Source of the DNA: Octopus bimaculoides
Taxonomy: Eukaryota
DNA: 62,435 nucleotides
NCBI RefSeq assembly: GCF_001194135.2
Contig: NC_068981.1
Coordinates: 5,575,451 to 5,637,885, forward strand
Direction: 5' to 3'
Positions 13,012 to 26,477 of this stretch are shown here, in pieces. Positions within the stretch are counted from its first letter, which is position 1, and every line of letters begins with the position of its first letter. Under the pieces are notes generated by a model. The model saw only the letters and a program-made list of their open reading frames with translations. It searched no databases and was not told the DNA's origin. A program made the translations under genes and the position numbers.

Positions 13012-13135
13012 GGTAAATTTTCAGATTAACACCCGCACGATTTTCACTAGGGAGTTAGGGTTAGTGAATTCCGTCCCTAACCCTGACCCTAAAACCCTAG
13101 TGACAATCGTGCGGGTGTTAATCTGAAAATTTACC
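13012..13135. mobile_element. Merlin-like MITE (124 bp)
   Basis: ~41-bp TIR starting GGTAA (fits the Merlin GGNRM terminus), one mismatch; flanks CCCTGTTG/TCCTGTTG form an 8-bp TSD at 7/8; telomere-like centre. Confidence 0.65.
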
Positions 13136-13845
13136 TCCTGTTGTTTCTGATCGATTTTTTAATTTTAATTTGTCCCAAATAATTATTTCATCCAAATAAT
13201 ACGCTATTCATATATCTTCCAAGCGATCGCTTTTCTTTGTCCCACATTACCCTCCAATTTTGAAAATTTCAGAGGCGGGATGGGGTTGATGAAAAAATTT
13301 TAATCAAAAATTTGTTTGCTTAATCGTAAGAGACAGAGTTTGTAAAACACAAATTCGAACAAAAATTCTGAAAATACCAAAAACTAAAAAAGTTACGACC
13401 GGTAAAATGGTGTAACGAGATATTAAAACAAGCTCAATTAATGTCAGATATCCCCTTAATAGGGTTATCCAATATCAATAGATTAATATACGGTTTACCT
13501 TTTCGATTAGAAGCTGGTGCCCAGTGTTTAGTTTATTCCTTAACGTTATGGAGATTGAGGACCCCTTGCCTGTAAAGCTAAATAAAATGCAGGTAAAATA
13601 AAGGCCACGAAATCCTTAATTTGTCAAATTACTTCAACTCGGGCTCCCGAAAGATTTTGTTATGGTTAACGCCTCGATTCTCACCGAAATGTCAGGCAGT
13701 GTTAATGAAGATAATCGTACGTTCATGTGGACCGGCTTCACAACAATCTCGCATGATGATGATGCGGTCAGTTCTTTGGATGGTCACAAATTTACAGATG
13801 GAGATAAAGGTTTTGGAATGAATAAGAAACATACACACACTTTCA

Positions 13846-14691
13846 ACCGCTTAGTTCGATTTATATATATACACACACGCTTCGTTTATATNNNNNNNNN
13901 NNNNNNNNNNNNNNNNNNNNNNNNNNNNNNNNNNNNNNNNNNNNNNNNNNNNNNNNNNNNNNNNNNNNNNNNNNNNNNNNNNNNNNNNNNNNNNNNNNNN
14001 NNNNNNNNNNNNNNNNNNNNNNNNNNNNNNNNNNNNNNNNNNNNNNNNNNNNNNNNNNNNNNNNNNNNNNNNNNNNNNNNNNNNNNNNNNNNNNNNNNNN
14101 NNNNNNNNNNNNNNNNNNNNNNNNNNNNNNNNNNNNNNNNNNNNNNNNNNNNNNNNNNNNNNNNNNNNNNNNNNNNNNNNNNNNNNNNNNNNNNNNNNNN
14201 NNNNNNNNNNNNNNNNNNNNNNNNNNNNNNNNNNNNNNNNNNNNNNNNNNNNNNNNNNNNNNNNNNNNNNNNNNNNNNNNNNNNNNNNNNNNNNNNNNNN
14301 NNNNNNNNNNNNNNNNNNNNNNNNNNNNNNNNNNNNNNNNNNNNNNNNNNNNNNNNNNNNNNNNNNNNNNNNNNNNNNNNNNNNNNNNNNNNNNNNNNNN
14401 NNNNNNNNNNNNNNNNNNNNNNNNNNNNNNNNNNNNNNNNNNNNNNNNNNNNNNNNNNNNNNNNNNNNNNNNNNNNNNNNNNNNNNNNNNNNNNNNNNNN
14501 NNNNNNNNNNNNNNNNNNNNNNNNNNNNNNNNNNNNNNNNNNNNNNNNNNNNNNNNNNNNNNNNNNNNNNNNNNNNNNNNNNNNNNNNNNNNNNNNNNNN
14601 NNNNNNNNNNNNNNNNNNNNNNNNNNNNNNNNNNNNNNNNNNNNNNNNNNNNNNNNNNNNNNNNNNNNNNNTATATATATATATACGCTTC

Positions 14692-14729
<38 letters not shown>

Positions 14730-14815
14730 GCTTCGTTTATATATATATATATATACGCTTCGTTTATATATATACGCTTCGTTTATATATATACAAACAC
14801 ACGCGCTTCGTTTAT
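13846..14815. repeat. minisatellite, core ACGCTTCGTTT separated by variable (TA)n, spanning an N-gap
   Basis: Core seen at ~13877, 14685, 14728, 14755, 14774 and a variant at ~14803. Confidence 0.85.
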
Positions 14816-15944
14816 ATATATAGTTTTTACTTACAAAAGTAGATGTATTGATTGATCTCGGCTCATCGAAAATTTTCAAGGAGTCTTTCTGAAATTAATA
14901 CTTGTAAGATGTTGAAGCTGTTTAAGGATAATAGTCCCGAGACCCACTGTTGAACTCTGCAGCCATAAAAGCCCCAGGCTGGTCACCAATGAAATCTGAC
15001 AAGTTCCCCTCATATATATTCATGCACGTTTTTGACACACACGGTCTTCTGTAATTTGTTCCACTCATCTTGAATACTGCAGCTTCTCGTTTTTCTCTTT
15101 TATAATTCCTCTTGTAAAGTGTGTATTAAATAAGGGCGATGATAACTGTTTATAACCGTATAAGATCGAAATGTTCGATATAATTACTTGACTACCAGTG
15201 CGCACGCGCAGCTTTCTTACGAAACTATTCTCTGAAGATATTTCGTGAAACTTATTTAATTCCTCTGCATACAATACGAAAAAGGCGAGAATAATTGCCA
15301 CCAAATTTGTCGGAGGCTTCTTTCTTTCTTTGGGCCACTCATTCGTGTATATATTAGTCAATACTTAACTACCCCTTTCATATATAGCCGTCTAAGTATC
15401 TATACTTAGAAAAAATATACACGTATATTTGTCAATATAGACAAACAGCAGCAGCAGTAGTTTTTTATTCTCGTTAATGCAGAAGTTATAGAAGTGAGAG
15501 TGATACCGAAGTCAGTGGAGAGGTTAAGAACAATAAATAATTAATCTAAAAAAATAAATAAATAAATGAAACACGTTTGTGTATGTTTATGAAACAAGTA
15601 AAAGTATAATATTAAAACGAAAATATCTTTTTCATATTTGTTAGTATCACTGGATATAATATATATAAGATATAATAATCCCAGATTGCAGAATAGACTT
15701 GAAACACCAAAGCAGTTTCCCCTTTGCAATTTTTGGTGCCGAAATCTCGTTTAATTTTCGTGTGGGTGGAGCTGTTATTCGAGCCCCTACAGGTGGGTGA
15801 AACAAGCTGAAGAGTTAAGGATTAGAGATATCCTTTCTTAAAGTGCATGCATCAACTAAATGCACGTATTGGCTATATCAAAGGAGACCGGAGCACTTAT
15901 CCAACTGATGGCAGAATGGAATAAGAAAATATTCTTTCATTCCT

Positions 15945-16135
15945 TTACGCGTTTCAGTCATTTGACTGTGGCCATGCTGGAGCACCGTCTTAAAGGATTT
16001 TAGTCGGAGAAATCGACCCCAGAACTTATTCTATCGGTCTCTCTTTTGCCGAACCGATAAGTTACGGGGACATAAACACACTGACATTGGTTGTAAAACG
16101 ATGTTCGGGGAACAAATAAAGACACACACTCACAC
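15945..16135 (-). mobile_element. 3' portion of the long form of SINE S1
   Basis: TTTCAGTCATTTGACTGTGGCCATGCTGGAGCACC...GACCCCAGAACTTATTC; also at ~7800, 37425, 40480, 45280 and 46930. Confidence 0.75.
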
Positions 16136-16312
16136 ATAAATATATATATATATATATGTGTGATTGTATGTATGTATACAAGGTATATATATACATGCGT
16201 GTACAGGGGCGTTAAGACATACAGATACACGTATATGTGGGTGTGCACGTATCCATATACATGAGTACCAGTTATATGTGTAGATATTGATATGCATAAA
16301 CATCAATATAAA

Positions 16313-16343
<31 letters not shown>

Positions 16344-17294
16344 NNNNNNNNNNNNNNNNNNNNNNNNNNNNNNNNNNNNNNNNNNNNNNNNNNNNNNNNN
16401 NNNNNNNNNNNNNNNNNNNNNNNNNNNNNNNNNNNNNNNNNNNNNNNNNNNNNNNNNNNNNNNNNNNNNNNNNNNNNNNNNNNNNNNNNNNNNNNNNNNN
16501 NNNNNNNNNNNNNNNNNNNNNNNNNNNNNNNNNNNNNNNNNNNNNNNNNNNNNNNNNNNNNNNNNNNNNNNNNNNNNNNNNNNNNNNNNNNNNNNNNNNN
16601 NNNNNNNNNNNNNNNNNNNNNNNNNNNNNNNNNNNNNNNNNNNNNNNNNNNNNNNNNNNNNNNNNNNNNNNNNNNNNNNNNNNNNNNNNNNNNNNNNNNN
16701 NNNNNNNNNNNNNNNNNNNNNNNNNNNNNNNNNNNNNNNNNNNNNNNNNNNNNNNNNNNNNNNNNNNNNNNNNNNNNNNNNNNNNNNNNNNNNNNNNNNN
16801 NNNNNNNNNNNNNNNNNNNNNNNNNNNNNNNNNNNNNNNNNNNNNNNNNNNNNNNNNNNNNNNNNNNNNNNNNNNNNNNNNNNNNNNNNNNNNNNNNNNN
16901 NNNNNNNNNNNNNNNNNNNNNNNNNNNNNNNNNNNNNNNNNNNNNNNNNNNNNNNNNNNNNNNNNNNNNNNNNNNNNNNNNNNNNNNNNNNNNNNNNNNN
17001 NNNNNNNNNNNNNNNNNNNNNNNNNNNNNNNNNNNNNNNNNNNNNNNNNNNNNNNNNNNNNNNNNNNNNNNNNNNNNNNNNNNNNNNNNNNNNNNNNNNN
17101 NNNNNNNNNNNNNNNNNNNNNNNNNNNNNNNNNNNNNNNNNNNNNNNNNNNNNNNNNNNNNNNNNNNNNNNNNNNNNNNNNNNNNNNNNNNNNNNNNNNN
17201 NNNNNNNNNNNNNNNNNNNNNNNNNNNNNNNNNNNNNNNNNNNNNNNNNNNNNNCCCCGCTTTTTTTCTTTCCTATTCCTTTATTCCTCTCTTC

Positions 17295-17331
<37 letters not shown>

Positions 17332-17949
17332 TATATACAAAGTATAGGGGTTTAGTTCACAGGCTTTCTAAACGATTACGTACGCTAAGTAAGCGCTGTA
17401 ATGGATTACTAGGGCTCCAAAGTTTTAGCCAAGACAGTAGTTATGGAACCATTGCACATTTCCGATGCTGTGGATATATAATAGTTAAAGAGGACTTTGA
17501 CATATTTTCTGCTATTTTGTTCTAAACCAGTTGTATTTAATGAGCTTTCTGCAGTCAGGGCAGACGAGGATCTTAGTTCTTTTTTTCCTTTCATTTTTCA
17601 CATTCCATTTTTTGCACCAACCTTTATCGTGTTTTTTTTCTTCTTATTTTCTTATTATCCAGCATACTTGTTTTTAAGAAATATATATAAAGCATAAACA
17701 GATCCTGAAATATTACTTTAAGTTATCATCATCATTATCATTTAACGTCCGTTGTCCACGCTGGCATGGGTTGGATGGTTTGACATCTGAGTTCAAAGAA
17801 TAATTTTATAATTCCTTGGACTTGTCCTTTTATCAAATAATTTTCAGACCACAATTTATTATTTTCAGACCAACTGTCATTCCATAAACAAAAGATACTT
17901 CTTCATCCTCGCATGTAAACTCTATGATTTATACAAAACAACACAATTG

Positions 17950-18132
17950 ATGTTCTATATTTAAGAGATGAGGAATTATGTACATTATTTACATTCGACG
18001 GATATTTGTCCTCATCTTGTTTGTTGTTATCACAACACAAGACACCTGATGAAGGCTGGAGGGTATATCAGCCGAAGCATTGTGTTAACAACAAACAAGA
18101 TGAGGACAAATATCTGTCAAATGTAAATAATG
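17950..18132. mobile_element. HHR-SINE foldback, locus 1 (degenerate HHR)
   Basis: Inverted arms; TSD AACACAATTG at 17940-17949 and 18133-18142; core mutated (GAAGC, ATT). Confidence 0.85.
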
Positions 18133-18649
18133 AACACAATTGCTGTCTATCGCAAGCGATATTTTTTTCCTTTTCAACTAAAAATAGCTCAGTTGCCGGT
18201 GGGTTTATGTTAATGTGTTACAAAGGGTTTGACTGGGTCAACTTTTAAACATACAAAAATTATTTTTGTATTATTCTTGTCGTAAAATACTGAAAATTAT
18301 TCAAACTTACGCAGATATGGAAATATCATGGAAATGACTCAGCAATTTTTCAAAGGACAGGTGCTCAATAATGAAATAAAATGGTGTCTATTAATGCTAC
18401 ACAGTGTTACTTGTTTGGCCGAAGCCAGTTAAAATTTAAAAGAATTTTATTTCTGTAAATTAATATTCAGTTATTATTTTATTAACACACCCACCATACA
18501 CACACACAAACTGTAAAGGAACACAAATGAGGTTTAAAAATTGATGACACCTGTAACGGCCGAGTCACCCATTTGTAACGGTTGAAGTTTTTATGAGTTT
18601 GTACGGTTGAAATTAAATTGTAAACAATAACATAAATCATTCGAACGAG

Positions 18650-18928
18650 ATCGTTGCCAGTGCCGCTGGACAGGCTCCTGTGCAGGTGGCACGTAAAAAA
18701 CACCATTTGAGCGTGGCCGTTGCCAGTACCGTGTGACTGGCCCTCGTGCTGGTGACACGTAAAAAGCACCCACTACACTCTCGGAGTGGTTGGCGTTAAG
18801 AAGGGCATCCAGCTGTAGAAACTCTGCCAGATCAGATTGGAGCCTGGTGTCGCCTCCTGGTCCACCAGACCTCAGTCAAATCGTCCAACCCATGCTAGCA
18901 TGGAAAGCGGACGTTAAACGACGATGAA
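18650..18928 (+). mobile_element. young RTE 3'-end derived repeat
   Basis: GTTGGCGTTAAGAAGGGCATCCAGC...CCCATGCTAGCATGGAAAGCGGACGTTAAACGACGATGA. Confidence 0.85.
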
Positions 18929-19679
18929 CATGGAACGTCGGAGTCGTAATCAGTTTGTAAGAATTGGTTCTTCATTGATTGCCGTTATGTAAAGATGAAA
19001 GAACAGTGATTGAAATTGTGAAGAAAATATTTATTTTACCGTTACATTGTATACACCTTGCCTCGACAGGTAGGTGATAAAATCCAAAAGCATGCGAAGT
19101 AAAGATAGATGTCGTAGATTCTCCTTGTATAGTTTGTGTTTATGTTCTCGTCACTGTGTAGTAGTAATTACGGAGAGAGATAGAATGATGTTGTAAGAGA
19201 AAATAAAGTGAACCAGTGAGAGTGTGGGACGAAACAACTGCTTCGTTGGTGAGTTACCATAGTTGTCATTTTTATGCCCTTATCTTTAGAGATGGTGTTT
19301 TGTTCAGTCGGTCAGCTAGACACCCTTCTCACCAACTCTCTCGAGTTAGCTACTAACTTTTGCTTGGGAGTTCTTGTTTTTATAACAATCCAGAAGGATG
19401 GACATATCGTTGAGAGCAATGAATTTAGTTGGTGGTTTGTGAATTAATTCTAGCTTTTGGTAACTTATAAGAGGTTAAAGGGTCAAGTGCTGGAGACATT
19501 ATTTCAGGCTAGCCAAGGCATCTGGCAAATGTAAACGGCTGTCACAGAAAAATTATTGTTTTACTGTAAGAAAAATGCTGTTGAAGTGTTAATTTAAATT
19601 TGGCTATCTAGGATCGAATCTACTTCATGCCTGCAAGATCCACTATACACCTGTTTCAGTAAAATTTTATTGATGCATT

Positions 19680-20800
19680 TATAGGCTACCTTAATAAAAT
19701 TCTGCCATTACAACTGTCACGGTCCTTTTCTCCCCACCAGATGAGGAAGCAAAGGATCCTGTTAAAGGCTCCCTCTATGTCAACAAAGGTCAAGTGTAGC
19801 AACTTATTTTTGGCTAAACACTTCTCTTGTCGTTGCTTTTCTAGAAAGCCACCATCAGTAATACTTCTCCCTGGCACAAAACCAAACTGTCTCATTCAGG
19901 TTAACTCTCTTCTTAATTAAGTCCAATTATGACCCTTTCTGTAACTTTCATGATGTGATCCAGCAGTTTGATGCTTCAATTCGCTTCTGTTTAAGGTATC
20001 TCCTGTACCATTGTAGCAGTTGACTACATTATTATTTTTACACGTGACTAGGCTGTGTCTCTCTAGATATTTTAAGCATCAGCAATTCCTGATGGGCCAG
20101 AACCTTTCGCTGTTTTCCTATCTTTAATTGCTTTATCTATCAAGCTACTGTCAACTCAGGTAGCTGGCTCTTCTGTCGGATCCACATTAGAAAGACTTTC
20201 CTTTCCCTATGCGTTCTCCATATTTAACAGCCTTTCATTGTGGGACTTCTATACCTCTTTCTTTTCAGAGTCTCTAAGTATCCCATCATCCACCTGAACT
20301 CACTTCTCTCCTACAGCATTATGGTTTTCTCTGACTCACTGTCTTGCAATCTGGAACCTCTTCAAGCCTCTGGTCCTCATGCTGCAAAACATTGGCAAAC
20401 TTCTTCCTTTCTGCCTCTTCCCCCTCCCTAAACATGCCTGGTGCTTAACTTCTTTTCTAGCCACCTGCTCTACTTTTCTGCTACACAATCTCTTCTAGGC
20501 TTTCCAAGTATCTTTCTTTGCTCTTGTGGTACTGTCTACTGCTTCACCACCATGTTACTCTATATCTGGCTGCAACTTTGCACCAGCCACACATTTGGTC
20601 TATGACCCTTAGGGTATTCTTTAGGAACTTCCAGTTGTCCTTTTTACACATCTCAACATCCTTATAAAATGCTACACTTAGGACGTCTCTAAATCTTTGA
20701 CCATTCAAAGGAACCTTAAGCTTCCATATCTTCCTTTTCCAGACTGGTTTACTTCTTAGGGTTCTTCTAGCCCACAGTCTCAAAAGACTAACCTATGTTG
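19680..20800 (-). mobile_element. degenerate RTE-clade LINE ORF2 (linker and RT N-terminal part)
   Basis: QFGFVPGRSITD, LHLTFVDIEGAFNRI, DNWKFL...DQMCGWCK...RVTWW. Confidence 0.8.
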
Positions 20801-23039
20801 AGGAGTTCATTCTTCACCTGCTTTTGTTAGCAACCGTCTCCCACTTCCTAGTGAGAATGTAGTCAATTTGGTTTGTGTGGCCACCAGATTAATAAGCAAT
20901 CAGCTGATTTCACACATAAATACACACACACACACACACTTCTTTCAGTTTTCATCTATCAAGTCCACTTACAAGGCTTAACTTAGGCAATTAAGACAAA
21001 CACTGACCATATTCATAACTGTCTGTAGTATTTCGGAAGAATTATAGGAAATCAATTAAGGCAGAAACAATTAATCTTGAGTTTGAATCTTCATCATCAA
21101 TGAATTGTAATTTTATTTTATTTTATTTTTTGTTCCTTTCAGGTGCAGAAGATGGGTACAAACCAATGGAATTCCCTGCAGAAACTTTCCCCTATCCCAG
21201 CTCTTCCTGTCAGGCCAACATATTTATGGCTGCCACCATCTAAAATCGTTGAGATAAAAGGTAGGTTAGGAGAGATTATGGAGTTGAGGAGATGTGCACT
21301 TGCATGGATCAGATGGAGTCGCGGAGGTAGATTTTCTGTAACCTGATGGTCTTCTTGTTGCCAACCTTCATCTATTCCCCATGAGACAATAATCGAATTT
21401 TATCGACAAAATCAATGATTTGTTGTGCTCTATCTAACCCAAGGGGCCTGGCATTTGTCATTTTGGGGCCAGGTAGCCACCATCTAAACAAGTAATACTC
21501 AACTTATTCCAGTGGTTTGAACATCAGGGGGGGGGGGGACTCTATTTACTTTGTGCGGGAAGGAGGCCAGCTTATAACTTCTTTGGAACTCCAAAAACTG
21601 AAGTGCAGTTTTATTTTGGGGAAGCATTTCTCTAAGTGGCAAACACCAATGAAATGTAGAATTGTGTTTGAAGGGGAAAAAGCCCTCTCAGAAACACATT
21701 GATTTAGATGAATGGTTCCCAGCCAGGGTCCGTATCAGATCTTTTGGGGTCTACACAATAGTAAATTGGGGATCCTTGGTAGTATTTGAAGGGTCCATGA
21801 AAAAACATTTTTGATTTTGATGTATTTATTGCAAAAGACAGCTTGATTTCTTTCTCTGATGTTTTACAGAATTTAAGGTTTCCGGCCACTGAAACATGTT
21901 CTCTCAGAGAGTGTTATTATTGCAAAGCCATACAAGTGAATATGGGGGGCATCACGAAATAGGAATTTTGAAAGAAGTATCTATAAATCTCTATGAGGGC
22001 CCACCAGGATAAAATACTACTTGAAGAAGTCCATAGGTAAAACCATAGGTTGAGAACCACTAACTATGAATATATATATATATATATATATATACGAATA
22101 ATAAATGAGTATATGCATATATACGTACATGTATGTGCATATCTACATCTACCTGTATATATAGGTGCATATCTGGGTACAGGACGTTGCAAAAAAAACG
22201 TAAACAAAAAAATAATAACCAGAGTACAGAAAACACACAGGCCACATAGAGAACATTTCCTTCATCAGCTGCCCCCATTCTAACATTGGCGTTTCGAAGA
22301 GTTAGGGCAAGACGCATCGTTAAAATGGCTCTTCCCACGGACCACAAATTAAATTTGTATCATGGAGGAATGTAGTGGCGGACAAAAAAACAAAACAGGA
22401 AAACAAACGGAAAAGGCTATATGGCCAGACGTGAAAAATTATGTGTATATTGAACGCTGTGAAGCAACAAACTGGAAGGAAGCGGGACGAAGTATGTTCG
22501 TATGCGTGCTTGGTGATAGCCAAGGAAGAAAAGAATTAGTAGCTGGACACATGTGACCAGCAAGGGGTAAGGAGAAAGAGTGGTAGAGGNNNNNNNNNNN
22601 NNNNNNNNNNNNNNNNNNNNNNNNNNNNNNNNNNNNNNNNNNNNNNNNNNNTATATATATATATATATAATATATCGTCGTCATTTAACGTCCGCTTTCC
22701 ATGCTAGCATGGGTTGGACGATTTGACTGAGGACTGGTGAAACCAGATGGCTACACCAGGCTCATATATATATATATATATAGAATGAAAAATAAATTAA
22801 TCAGAGATGTCATCTGCATGAAAATAATAATGAAGGTAGTAATAACATATTTAATACAAGAGAATAGTTAGGTAAGAGATCAAAGTTTGAACTAGGGGTT
22901 AGGCTTTGTGGTGATGGGGAGGGTAGAGATTAAACAGGATCAGTATTGAAGATGAAGGCTTATTGCAAGTGTTGATCATGGTTTAATGTTGGGTTTAGCA
23001 GTGAAAGACAGGGATGAGGGCTAAGGTTAGTGTTTTGTG

Positions 23040-23832
23040 CGATGATGCCTCATCCTCTACTAGAATAGGAGGGAAAAGGTAGGTCCAGGAAGACCTGGGA
23101 TGAGGTGGTGAGGCACGACCTTCGAACATTGGGCCTCACCGAGGCGATGACTTCTGACCGAGACCTTTGGAAATATGCTGTGCGTGAGAAGGCTCGGAAA
23201 GCCAAGTGAGACCTAAATCTAAGGCCTCAACCAGTCCATTTATGCGTACCTTCCTTCATTGGACACTAAACTCCACTTGTGAAGACATGTTGAGGTAAGT
23301 GAAATTGAAATCGAGATAAATTGGACGCAAAACTCCACTTGCGAAGACCGGTTGAGGCAACTGAAATCAAAATCGAAATCGAGTTAAATTCGACAACTGG
23401 CACCCATGCCAACGTCGTCTCCTTCATTAGACACGAAACTCAGCTTGTGAAGACGTATTGGGGAAAGCGAAATCGTGAAGGCACCTGTGCCCAGCGTCGC
23501 CTTTCTGGCACTTGTGCCCGCGGCATGTATAAGGACTTTCGAGAGAGATCGTTGCCAGTGCCCCTGGACTGGCTCTTGTGCGGGTGGCACATAAAATACA
23601 CCATTTTGAGCGTGGCCATTGCCAGTACTGCCTGACTGGCCTTTGTGCCGGTGGCACGTAAAAGCACCCACTACACTCTCAGAGTGGTTGGCGTTAGGAA
23701 GGGCATCCAGCTGTAGAAACTCTGCCAAATCAGATTGGAGCTTGGTGTAGCCATCTGGTTTCACCAGTCCTCAGTCAAATCGTCCAACCCATGCTAGCAT
23801 GGAAAGCGGACGTTAAACGACGACGACGACGA
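23040..23832 (+). mobile_element. RTE LINE 3' end (ORF2 C-terminus, 3' UTR, (GAC)n tail)
   Basis: RGKGRSRKTWDEVVRHDLRTLGL-type frame followed by the repeat-family 3' UTR. Confidence 0.85.
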
Positions 23833-24204
23833 GCATTTTTAATGCTAATTAACAGTAATAATAATTATCATTGTATGACGAGAAAAAGACAGGAGTTAAC
23901 GGCAAATATTCAAATACTGGGACAAGGGAGGTAACTCCGTTTTCACTGTTTTGTTACGATACAAACGTTGAGTGTGAGGTTTCTCATATTTACTGAAATG
24001 AAATTTTAAAAATTAGTTGAGGTTTTTTGGGGTTTTGTTTAGGTTTATAAATAAAACTTTCATAAAAGCAGAATAATGCCGCCTTCCTGTGGTTGAAGCA
24101 TGGCAAGTTGGAGAGATTTACTGAGTCCTGTGGCTTTGAGGTTTATCTGGAATAAAATTTAGCCATGGACTTGAATAAAGGTTTGAGGAAGGTGACACTT
24201 TTGT

Positions 24205-24535
24205 TATCATATTTCTGTTGAAATGCATTGTCTATGTTTCAATTAATTTTGAAAATAATGAAAAATTTAGTAAAATACCTTTGTCCTAATTAAACTGGTG
24301 TTTGGAACATAAATTAATGTGAAATGTTGGTGGAAGATGGTTTTAATTTAAATTACTTTAACCCTTTTATTACCATATTTTCGTTGACACACACTAACGT
24401 TGTTTCAATTAATTCTGAAAACAATGGTGAAGAATTTAGTAAAATTACTTCATCATTTTTAAACTGGTATTTTGGAACATAGATTAACATGAAATTTTAA
24501 TGGAAATTTTTAATTTAAATCATTTTAAACAGGAA
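24205..24535. repeat. two tandem ~165-bp units of an AT-rich DNA element
   Basis: TGTTTCAATTAATT.TGAAAA.AAT...AATTTAGTAAAAT...AAACTGGT.TTTGGAACATA.ATTAA occurs twice. Confidence 0.65.
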
Positions 24536-26235
24536 GTATGTAGCATAGAACCAGGAACTGTCTCAGGTAGGTTGGCATGAAAAGGGTGAAAGAATCTTCT
24601 ACAGTTTTGGAGCAATTTGGATTAATATTGTACAGAGATATTGCAATAAAGAACCTTAACACTTACCTACCAGACTTGTTCTTTATATCTTTTCCCACCA
24701 TTTGGTCAGTATTTGCAACAAAACAATTGGGGTTTTTTTCCATTATTATTATTAAAGCAGTGATTATTTTTTGAGAGCATTTCAAAGACATCAAATTTCA
24801 TTCCAGCTTCTATGTTAAAGCCTACTTCCAATTCCAAGTTACATCTCACGGATGCTCTGAGATGCATCATTAGTGATGTTTCTGGGGGTCTTTTTTAACA
24901 CCAGGCTCCCTCCAAGTTGATCCAGCTGGGGTGGATTAAATCCCTTCTTGCATCTCACTAACAAACCACTGTCTTCTCTTTTTAAAGCAGGTGTCCCCAA
25001 ACGTTTTAGACCATCGACCCCAGGCATGTACAAGAAAATAAATAATAATAATAAGTAGATGTGCAGTTTCCAGGCATTTATCAACCCCTTGAATAGTTCC
25101 ATCAACCCCCAGGAATCAGTATTGACCTCTTTGGACCTTCTCTGAAGCTTTGCTGATGGAATTTATGGCCCTGTTTGCTGCAATAGAAACTCTAAGCACA
25201 GTCAGAGTAGAGTGACTGCCCCACAAAACCCCAGGGCTTACTTCAATTGCTTTGCAATGTGCCAGCCCCGGTTTCTGCACTGCTCCACCAGATCCTGGTA
25301 TTAAGCAAGCTTTCTCTCAACAATTCCTCCATTTGTTCTTCCCAGAGTAAAATCAGCTCCCATTGTGGTCACTTGTTTGGTGGAATTTAAGAAGATCTCT
25401 ATTTCTGGATGGAGTGATATTGGTACGACATGCTTTGAAGATAGGAGAGTATTGTAGTTCACTTGAAGCATTGTGTATTGTTTGTAAAGAATGTAAAGTT
25501 TTGAATGGTACAACAATGCACTGAAGACTTTAACTGTTCAACAAGTTCTATTGTCAGTTACCAATATTTGAGCTGAGAGTGAAACAATTTTAAGAGTTGT
25601 GGTGCCACGTAAAAAGCACTCATTGGACTCTGTAAAGTGGTTGGCATGAGGAGGAGGGCATCTAGCTGTAGACACCATGCCACGACAGGCAATTGGAGTC
25701 TGGCCAGCTCCTGTCAAATTGTTCAACCCATGCCAGCATGGAAAACAGACATTACATGATGATGATCTTGGAGAAGGCTGCTATTTCTTGCAAGTCGAGC
25801 AACTGCATAGAGGAAACTTGTTGGTTTCTCCTAGGGATGGAAGAATAAAAAAACCCTATCATTACCACTGTCCACTGCAAGAGAACTGAGGAATACACAC
25901 ACACACACACACACACGTGTGTGGAAAGTAGACTCAGTTGTTGTTGTTTTAGTGAGCTGGGATTCTCCCCAGTTACCCTCAGGTGAATGTAGTCTTTAGT
26001 TTTACTATATCGTTAGTGGATTAGTCATTACTATAATCATTATATTTGAGAGAAAGTTGAAGGCTGCTATTTCTTGCAAGTCCTCTACAGCCCTTAAACA
26101 TTTGTTGGTTTGCATGATGTTCCACAGGTGAAGAATCCTTTTCTTACCATATTCCTGTTGAAATACATTGCCTTCCTTTCAAATTAGAAATAATATATTT
26201 CTAAATCTTTGAGAGATGTATGCTGTAGCAGCATG

Positions 26236-26477
26236 ATAAAGTGATAGTATGTTGTCAACTTAATATTCCATAAAAGGAAGAATGCTACTGTTATTTAGCC
26301 CTAGGAAACACTGTTGGTTTTGCTGGGTGGAGGTGTTTATCTCCCCTTTGAAAACATAAGGACAGAGGAAATGTGTCAAGTCCAGCAGGAAACGGTGTTT
26401 CCTAGGGCTAAATAACAGTAGCATTCTTCCCTTTTATGGGACTGTCACATTAAGTTGACAACATACTATCACTTTAT
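26236..26477. mobile_element. MITE-like hairpin (~75-bp arms)
   Basis: ATAAAGTGATAGTATGTTGTCAACTTAAT...GGAAGAATGCTACTGTTATTTAGCCCTAGGAAACAC and its reverse complement. Confidence 0.8.

Noticed and set aside
13690-13808. MSGSVNEDNRTFMWTG... as a coding exon
   Set aside because: No homology recognised, weak donor, and two overlapping open frames.
13846-14815. Repeat-spacer pattern as a CRISPR array
   Set aside because: Eukaryotic DNA, 11-bp core, spacers are only (TA)n, no cas genes.
25773-26082. 24-bp direct repeat GAAGGCTGCTATTTCTTGCAAGTC with a faint HHR-like outline
   Set aside because: Catalytic boxes are not recoverable; at most an old remnant.
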